A stretch of 54,737 bases of DNA, the filler included, from Jimgerdemannia flammicorona (taxonomy: Eukaryota): the NCBI GenBank assembly GCA_003990765.1. It is 2 parts of 2 records of this genome, joined end to end, with 100 filler letters (N's around TTAATTAATTAA, not from the genome) between each part and the next. Parts side by side here need not be neighbours in the genome. Positions count along the whole stretch, not along the records: positions 27,421 to 54,737 come from RBNJ01000641.1; 1 more part is not named here. One strand, 5' to 3'. A program made the translations under genes and the position numbers. Below are positions 47,426 to 54,737 of this stretch, piece after piece. The notes below the pieces were generated by a model. That model saw only the letters and a list, made by a program, of their open reading frames with translations. It was not told the DNA's origin and made no database searches. The stretch's first letter is position 1. Every line of letters starts with the position of its first letter.

Positions 47426-50400
47426 TAATATCCTTGCTAAGTTTGGGCTATCCTTGGGCTGAAGCTCCACTAGCAGGGAGCCTCCAAGCTCTGAGATTGA
47501 GGTGTGGCCATCTGACTCCAGTAGAAGGGTCACAGAGATTGTTGATCCCTCTTCTCCCTGTAGGGTCTAGAGCTTCCATGAAGTTGGTGGCATCTTCTAC
47601 CCATTCTTGGTGGGTTGTATGTCTGATGAGAGCTAGGATGTCTTCTCCTAAATTGTAGATCTTGAGGGTCCTTCTTCCTGGCTTCTTGGTCTGGCTTTTT
47701 AGGATCTGACTTCTGTTATCTCCTCTCTTTAAGGTGTAGATTGCAACATTTGACTGAGGTGAATCTTCTGATGTCTGCAGTCTTGGCAGTCTGGGTGTCT
47801 TCCATGGTTATAATATCCCATTGCTTGGAAATGATATTCCCAGTTATTGATTTCTTATTATCTCAGAAATCAGTACCCATCTTGGTCATAAGTTGGAGGA
47901 AGAGTAGACAAGGGATATATTTCTGTTTAGGTGAAGAAACCTTATCCTCTAAATCAGCTTTACAACTTAATAGTAACTTCTTGGAAGGTAGTTGACTGTA
48001 CAACTGTATTTGGGGGTTCTGGTCTCTGGGGTCTCTGTCTTTCTTGCTGATCTACTAGATGGTACTGATAGCAGTAATCTCAGGGAGAATGGAAGACCAT
48101 TTAATGTAGACATCTTCCTAGCCAAAATGCCCTTTCTTGGTAAGTTTCTTTCTTTAGAATAATTGGGACTATACTGGATCCTTCTTCCATATTCCAAGGG
48201 TCATTGTCTTCAGGTAGTGTCTAGTAAGAGTCATCTCAGGGGATGAGTTCAGGGACCTCTTCTTCTTTGGATATTTCTTGTTCAGAAACTTGGTTAGGAG
48301 CTTCTTCTTTCTCTGATGATTCTTATCTCCAGATTGCTTGTATCTCTGCAGCTTTGGCTACAGGTGTTTCTGGAACATATCTGTATTTTTTCTTTTTTCT
48401 TCTGCACTCAGGGCAGGCTGTGCCAGGCGAATTCCTTGTCCCAATAATCTTGGAGGAGTGCTTGGGGCACTTGTGTCTCTTGAGGCAGGTGGAGCATCCT
48501 TTGATTTCTCCTACAATAGCTCCAATGGTAATGGAGACAGTGTTCTTAGCCCATACATTGTCTTCTGGCCTGTCATCTACCAGATTGATTTGGGGATTGA
48601 GTCTGGGATTGTTTCTGTCTTTGGATTCTTCTTCCTCTTCTGTGGTAGATTCTTTGCTACAGGCATATTTCTCCTGAATGATGACTTTCTTCTTCTTTGA
48701 TTGCTCATAGCTGGTCATCTTAACTCTGTACTTCTTGTCTTGGTAGTCAAACTTGAGTACTTGTTGACCAATATCAACAACTGCATTCATTTCCTTCATC
48801 CAGTTGGTGCCAAGAATCATATCATAGGTGACAACTTCAGTAACAACAGCTTTCAGGATGGAGAACTGAATGTGTCCAAGGGAGATGGTGATATTTTGTA
48901 CTTCTCCAAGGGGTTGAGTTTGGGCTCCATCTGCTACTATGATGCTGAGGTTGGATGGTCCATCAATGGGCCATTGGAGGGTGTCCAGGAACTGTTTGGC
49001 AATGATACAGACAGCTGCTCCTGTGTCTATGAGGATTTTCGCCTTTTGTCCTCCAATATCTCTATATAGGTAGGTGCTGACATACCTTTCAGCTGCTTGG
49101 ACAGAGATGGGAACTGGTTCTTGCTGTGGGATTGGAACTCAGCCAGTGCTAGACCTGGTGGTTCTCAGCAATTTGTTTCAGACTCCAGCTGGTATCAGTT
49201 ACAGGAACTGCAGGAGAGGGACTTCCATCTTGACCTCTTGAATCTTCTGCCAGGCTTCATTGTAGATATCTCTAGGTATGGTCTTCAGAGTGTACTTCTT
49301 CTTGGACTTTGAAGCAGCAGATTCCCATTCTTCTTGTTCCATTTCTTCATCCTCTGGTGGTAGCTCATTTGTCTTAGAGATAAAAGGTAAAGGAGTCTGA
49401 GGAGGTATTTCTGCTTATTTCTCTTCATGTTCTTCATCTTTCTCTTGGATTATTCTTCTGCCAATATTCCTGGATGGTCTTCCTACAGGTCTCTTCCTTT
49501 TCTCTGCTGGATAGACTGTTTTCTGAGTAGTAACCTTGGTAGGGTATACGTCTAGGTCACTGTAGTCTTCACTGTTGCTTGTTTCCTCGAAATCTTCAAC
49601 AGGATGGGCTTCAGTCTTCTTGTACTAAGTGTCATTCCTTTGGTTTAGTGGTTCTGAGTCTTTTCAGTCACTTCTTTTGTTGTCACATTCAGTAGTATAG
49701 TGTCTGAATTGTCTACAGTAGAAGTATTGGACCTGGGCTCTGTCTCAGACAGGGTATCTTCTTTCTTCTTACTGATAGTTCCTATTATCTCTTGGTGGAT
49801 AATCTTGGCTCCTCTGTGGCAGGTATCCTCTGTTGTCTTGGTAGCTCCAATTTTTACATGTGGTGAGTTTTTCAATCTATCCAACCAATCGATCCAACTT
49901 AGAGCAGAGGTCTTGGATATCACTCCTGTTCTTTTTTCCTTTTTTGGCTGGTCTTCTTTCTTCAGACCTTTCATATCCTTGGAGGAGTTCTTGTAGGGCT
50001 TTCACCAGGATGTCTTTCTTATCATCCTTCTTGTTATGATCACTCTAGGGCATTCCTTGTCTGATATCAAAGAATCCTTGAGCTGCATCTATCTGCTCTT
50101 CAGACCTTCTGATGCCTAGGGTGCAGACATGCTGAGCAATGTTTGGGGGAATCTCATTCATGAAGGTCATTGGATCTATGATGTCCTGATTGGTAGCATT
50201 GAACCCAGCTACCTGGATTCTTATGAAAAAGGCTCTGGGCAATTCTCTAAGATTCATCTTCATCTCCATGATAGATTCTTGAGCCTTGTGGCAGGTTTCA
50301 TTTCCTGTATACTTTTCAATAAGCCAGTAGACCATGGCTACATATTCTAGCTTATAAGATACTGCTGCTTACATCTGTCTTGCTAGTTCTGAATTTGGGT

Positions 50401-51103
50401 CATTTGCTATTCAGTGGAAAATTCCTCTGGTTGGTTCTCTGAGCTGGGCCTTGTAGATGGCAATTTTGCTTTTGTCTGAGAGATTCCTCAGGGCTGTGAT
50501 TCCTTCAATTCCATCAAGGAATTCTCTGGAGTCTTCCTCTAGATATCCTGCAAAGGTTGACAATAAGATGGCCATTTCATTATCACTTTCTTCTGATTCT
50601 GGTTCTGGTCCAGATTCTGACTCTGATTCACTTTCTGAACTGTCACTGGAGATGGAGATGCTTGGGTATTCTGAGGATAGTGTTCTGGACCTTGGATGAA
50701 GTAGGTATTCTTGTAGGAGCTACTTCTAATTCTGCAAGAGCTTATGGTAAAGGTTCTATTGGTGAGATTGATAAGACTGGTATTTAGTGTCTGGCTGTAA
50801 GATCTTGGGCTTATTTAATAAGATCTTCTAATTCTTATACAAGTTCTTCAAAATCTCCAACAGGGCCACCTATATTGTCTGGTTGATCCAGTTGGAGATT
50901 TCAGGCTGTACTGACTTCTGGTTCTGGTTGGGATCCTTCTGATGCTGGGTAGTTAGCAAGTCTTGATGTGATTACTTCTCTTCCTGTCCAAATGCTAGCA
51001 ATAACTAATTCTTCTATAGTAGCAGAGATTAGTGTTGTATCAAATGTATCCAGTTTGACTGTGGGTTCTTGTGAGCTGAAAAGTTATATCAATTTTGAAA
51101 TCT

Positions 51104-51120
51104 TCCCAGTTGAGCCCCCA
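51104..51120 (-). other. tRNA-Pro-type primer binding site of element B
   Basis: TGGGGGCTCAACTGGGA, 2 nt after the 5' LTR; resembles the canonical Pro PBS TGGGGGCTCGTCCGGGA with both CpGs decayed. Confidence 0.75.
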
Positions 51121-51122
51121 AA

Positions 51123-52256
51123 TATAATATACCTAGCTCAATGGAGGCAAATTACAAGATTGTATGTTGATGTAGTTTGGCTTGAGCCCTCAGTTACTTT
51201 ATTAAAAAGCAACAGAATGTTCTTGATATTTAGTAGTATAATAGTCAAAACTGGATATCTGTGAGCAATTTCCTTATTGGGATGGTTCTCTGGGTGTAGT
51301 AGCGATTTGTATGTCTTTCCTTCTAGGGTCAACTGGGAATTGGTAGAATTTTGTATATAGTATGACAATCTCTATATATAATGGTCTGGCGATTTAGCAG
51401 TTCTCCTTCTTGGGTGGTGATCTCCAAAAGTATGTGATTTCTGATGGATAACTCAATAATTTGGGCTCACTGGGAATAACGAATAACTTGGATGTCGCAG
51501 ATTCTTCCTGAATTGACAGGCTTCTGGGAATACTACTCAGGTGGTATAGATTCTTCTTGAATCAGTGGCTTCAACTGGAAATACGAATAACTGGTGGCTT
51601 TGGGAAAGGGTCTCTTGGCAAAGTTATGTCAAAGACTGGCTTTATTTGTACAAATGGATTCACTGTAAAGTTGTATCAGAAACTGGCTTGAGCTAGATGG
51701 CTTTTTTTTAGACTTTCTGGAAATGTGGATAACTTAGAAATGACAGTGAAGTTCTTTCTTGAACTTGAGTAGCAAACTTGGATTCTTTAGGCTTATCTGG
51801 CAAGTGAACCAAAAATGGACTCATTCTTTGTATTGGAAAGTGGACCAGAGAGGAGAAATAAGCTCACAATCTCCTAGCAGTAGCTATAGAGTTCCTCTCG
51901 AAGTGTGGTAGGCAGACTTGTCTTTTGCTTTGAATTTCAGACTGAGGTTTATTTACTTCTATCTCTGGGTATTTTTATACAGGTTGGTTGCTATCTGGTT
52001 ACTATGAGGCTAACTATAGATTTGCTACTTATAGCAAGTTGTACAGGTCTAGTACAAGTGTGCAGGTCCAGCACAGGTATACAGATCCTGCACAGATATA
52101 CCTTATCTAGTAGTCTGGCTATTTATATACTTTTCCACAGCAATGGTTACTGTGTCTGATCACTATGCTATATATTCATGTCATCTGACTAAGTTACTAA
52201 TAGTTTACGTCATCTGGCTAAGATATAATTCAAGTGGTATATTTTGGTATATCACA
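51123..52256 (-). repeat. 5' LTR of element B
   Basis: Starts TGTGATATACC at 52256 and ends ..GTATATTATA before the PBS. Confidence 0.8.
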
Positions 52257-52859
52257 ATATAGAGATCACTCTGCAGCCCCTGGACTCAAATAACTCCTAA
52301 TAGCACAATACTATAGTAATGGTATTATTCCTGTTTTGCTTATATAAAATAATCCTTTATTAGCTATAATTTAAATTTCTTTCTATCTTACCTATATAGC
52401 AATTAATATCTAGATTTTATCAATAAAATTAAGAATATTATTTGGAAAATTAGAATAGTTGAGTTACAGATCTATTCTGATAATAAATACTATTTATTTA
52501 TCATTTTTCTTATCCAGATAACCATGCTTACCGGTTCCAAACTAAGCCTCTATTTTGTGAACTAAATTACTAAGAATACTGATAGAAAGTATAATATATG
52601 AACTATAATTTCATAATATATACTTAAATAACAGTAGATAAAAATAGTAGATACTAACAGATTTGTTTTCTTAAAGATATAACTATATGACTAAATAGCA
52701 AGTATATAGATAAAAATATATAGAAATATGAACTAAATAGCTATGAACTTGAACTATATTAAATAATACAAACTCCAATAGCTGTAAACATAAACTAGTA
52801 AATACAAACTGAAGTTTTTTTTCCTAATAGTATTTATTAAGTTATTATATTTTGAAAAA

Positions 52860-52992
52860 TAAAGTTTGAATTAAATTTTGAATTAAATTAGCCTTTAATT
52901 CAATTTAAATCAAATTAAATTGAATATTTAATTTAATTGAATCAAATCAAATTTAGATCAAATTTGATTGAATTTCTTTATTAGAGGCACTA
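52860..52992. repeat. aattga/ttcaa pentamer-rich segment ending GGCACTA; possible hAT-type terminus
   Basis: Decayed ATTCG-like subterminal repeats; a similar structure ending GAGCACTG lies at ~7780-7845. Confidence 0.35.
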
Positions 52993-52994
52993 CT

Positions 52995-54737
52995 TGAGAT
53001 AGCTGAGTGGGTGGTGGAGGTTACTGTGAAGTGAGGAGAAGGGAGATAAGAATATGTAGACCATTGAGTACTATCTGAAGGACTGGTATCCAGATCTGGT
53101 AGAGGGGCTGAAAGGGTTGGGGGGCTCAGTTTAGAGGAAGGAGATTCTTAAGATCTTAATGAGAGCTGGTCTCAGAATGGTCTCTGGTGGGAATAGACTA
53201 CTTTAGGACTTCTGAAAATGAATGGCAGAAGTAGAGATAGTCCTGGAAGAGCTAAGGCTAATGTGTAATAAGATTATTAACTCTAGGGTATAGATAGAAG
53301 ATCAATGCACTCATCCTTTCACTGGTAATATTCAGGTGACACAAGACTCAGACAACACTTTTCACAATATTTTTGGTGAAAAGAGATTATCAACATAGAC
53401 AGCAACATATGTACTGATGAGTATGCTGGCTAGGGAGATAGCAGTGCCTTTGACTAACAGTATGTAGAGAGAAGGGGAGATAGTTTGGAGATGCCAGAGC
53501 CCTCTATAGCTGGCCATGATACTAGTAGTGGAGAGAGGGGCAGATTTAGGCAATGAGGAGGGGAGAGAATGACCTTTGCTGACAAGGTCAAGATGGGGAG
53601 AATGGCATCTAGTCTAGATAGCTGGTTGGAACTGGGGAAGATATCAACAGCTTCAGTTGGGGCCCAGGGAGGGGCCTCCATGGGAGGGTCAGCAGTAGAG
53701 AGAGGAGGGGAGTAGGGGCTAGAGATGTGACTGCTGATAGAGCTGTGATAGAGAATCTGGAAAAAAATCCAGATGTGATAGTAGTTGATGGATCAGGACA
53801 GAGGGAGGGCATGAGGCCTGGGGACCTGGCAGATGGCATGATGGACATGGTGTTGGTACCATTACTCAAATAGTTGAGATTAGAATTTGCCATCATACTG
53901 TACTTCTAAGACTTAGTAGTGACTGTGAGGATGATTTTGGGGCTGGTGGTACAGAAGGTGAAGGGGGTGGTGTCAGTGAAGTTCTTGAAGAGGAAAGAAG
54001 GAGTTAAGGTGGGATTTGAAGAAGAGGCATCATTGTTGGAGGCTGTGAAGAAGGGGATGGTAGTTGGTGGGGTAGTGGTTTCCATGACCAGGTGCATATA
54101 CTGGGACCCTTGAGTGGTGCAGTTGACAGTATTGGATCTTCCTATAGTATTGAGGGAGAGGGCCACAGAGCTGATTATAGAGGTGGTCAAGGAGTATGGG
54201 GAGATTGTGGACATTAGGTTCTCGATCTGAGAGGGTACTGAACTCAGGACAGAAGATGTCATTATCAGAGTAAGGCTGGCTGGAAAAGAGAACACAGAGA
54301 AGACTAGGGACTGGCCTGTGACTCTTAAGTAGGGCCCAGTTGTGTAAGAGGGTTGCTTTTTAGGGTAACCATTACGTAGTTCTGGAAGGGTTTTCTGGAA
54401 GTTCTGGATATTCTGGAAGACCGTTTTCTTATAGTCCAGATCAATTTCATATGGAGTACGTCCTCTATGCTTATTGATTTCTAGATCGGGTTGATGTCTC
54501 AACCAAAGTCCTTTTTTAGACTAGTTCTGGATGTTCAGGATTTTCCATATTTCAGGAAGTTCAAGAAACTAAGACCAGCTTAGTTGAATTGGTGTATTGC
54601 TGCAGACAATACCCAATTAGGAAATTTCGTGACGGGGTTAGGAGTAGGACCTAACAGAGAGCGGATTTACTTAAGAGTGGTTTGTGGGTTATGGAATAGG
54701 TTTATTTGCTATTCATGGTATTGCTATACTAGGAGTA
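52995..54737 (-). mobile_element. LINE-like (L1/Tx1-type) ORF2 C-terminal relic, continuing beyond the window
   Basis: Second copy at 371-776; frameshifted coding-like sequence with a weak zf-RVT-like region near 53650-53800. No RT core inside the window, so family assignment is tentative. Confidence 0.55.

Larger units (their letters stand above)
42152..52256 (-). mobile_element. Full-length (~10.1 kb) decayed Ty3/gypsy element B: LTR-PBS-gag-PR-insert-dUTPase-RT-RH-IN-ORF3-PPT-LTR
   Basis: Zinc-knuckle relic (~49700), ILIDTGAAV protease (~49020), RT with MPFGL and YMDD (46500-45650), RH YTDAS and TDH, integrase rve motifs (45190-44116), related LTRs at both ends. Confidence 0.93.

Noticed and set aside
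53906..54502. 198-aa ORF as a host gene
   Set aside because: Lies in a repeated, CpG-depleted LINE-like relic and has a non-ATG start.

Overview
Eukaryotic, fungal DNA. The gene style and repeat load suggest an early-diverging fungus such as Mucoromycota; that taxon is my inference. The window has two sharply separated compartments. (1) CpG-normal gene islands (~2.85-5.7, 9.3-14.4 and 15.8-27.3 kb) carry intron-containing genes for an Anp1/Mnn9-family mannosyltransferase, a Yvc1-like TRP channel, HEM3, a PKA catalytic subunit, RRP46 and CET1, plus an unrecognised intronless 106-aa secretory precursor (signal peptide, pro-region, KR, TM helix, CCWCC). (2) AT-rich, CpG-depleted transposon graveyards contain piggyBac, pogo/Tigger, LINE 3' ends, a MITE, minisatellites and three LTR-retrotransposon families, all decayed by strongly directional C>T/G>A change. 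An N gap with an artificial linker at 27321-27420 means the left and right halves may not be truly adjacent. The most interesting observations are: (a) RIP-like hypermutation of repeats; (b) two independent Ty3/gypsy elements that both break pol at the RNaseH/integrase junction with an overlapping stop/start, and both carry a related, uncharacterised ORF between integrase and the 3' LTR, one of them also encoding a dUTPase plus a degenerate dUTPase-like domain; (c) the candidate Kex2-released membrane micropeptide. All translations and alignments were done by eye, so repeat boundaries are approximate.
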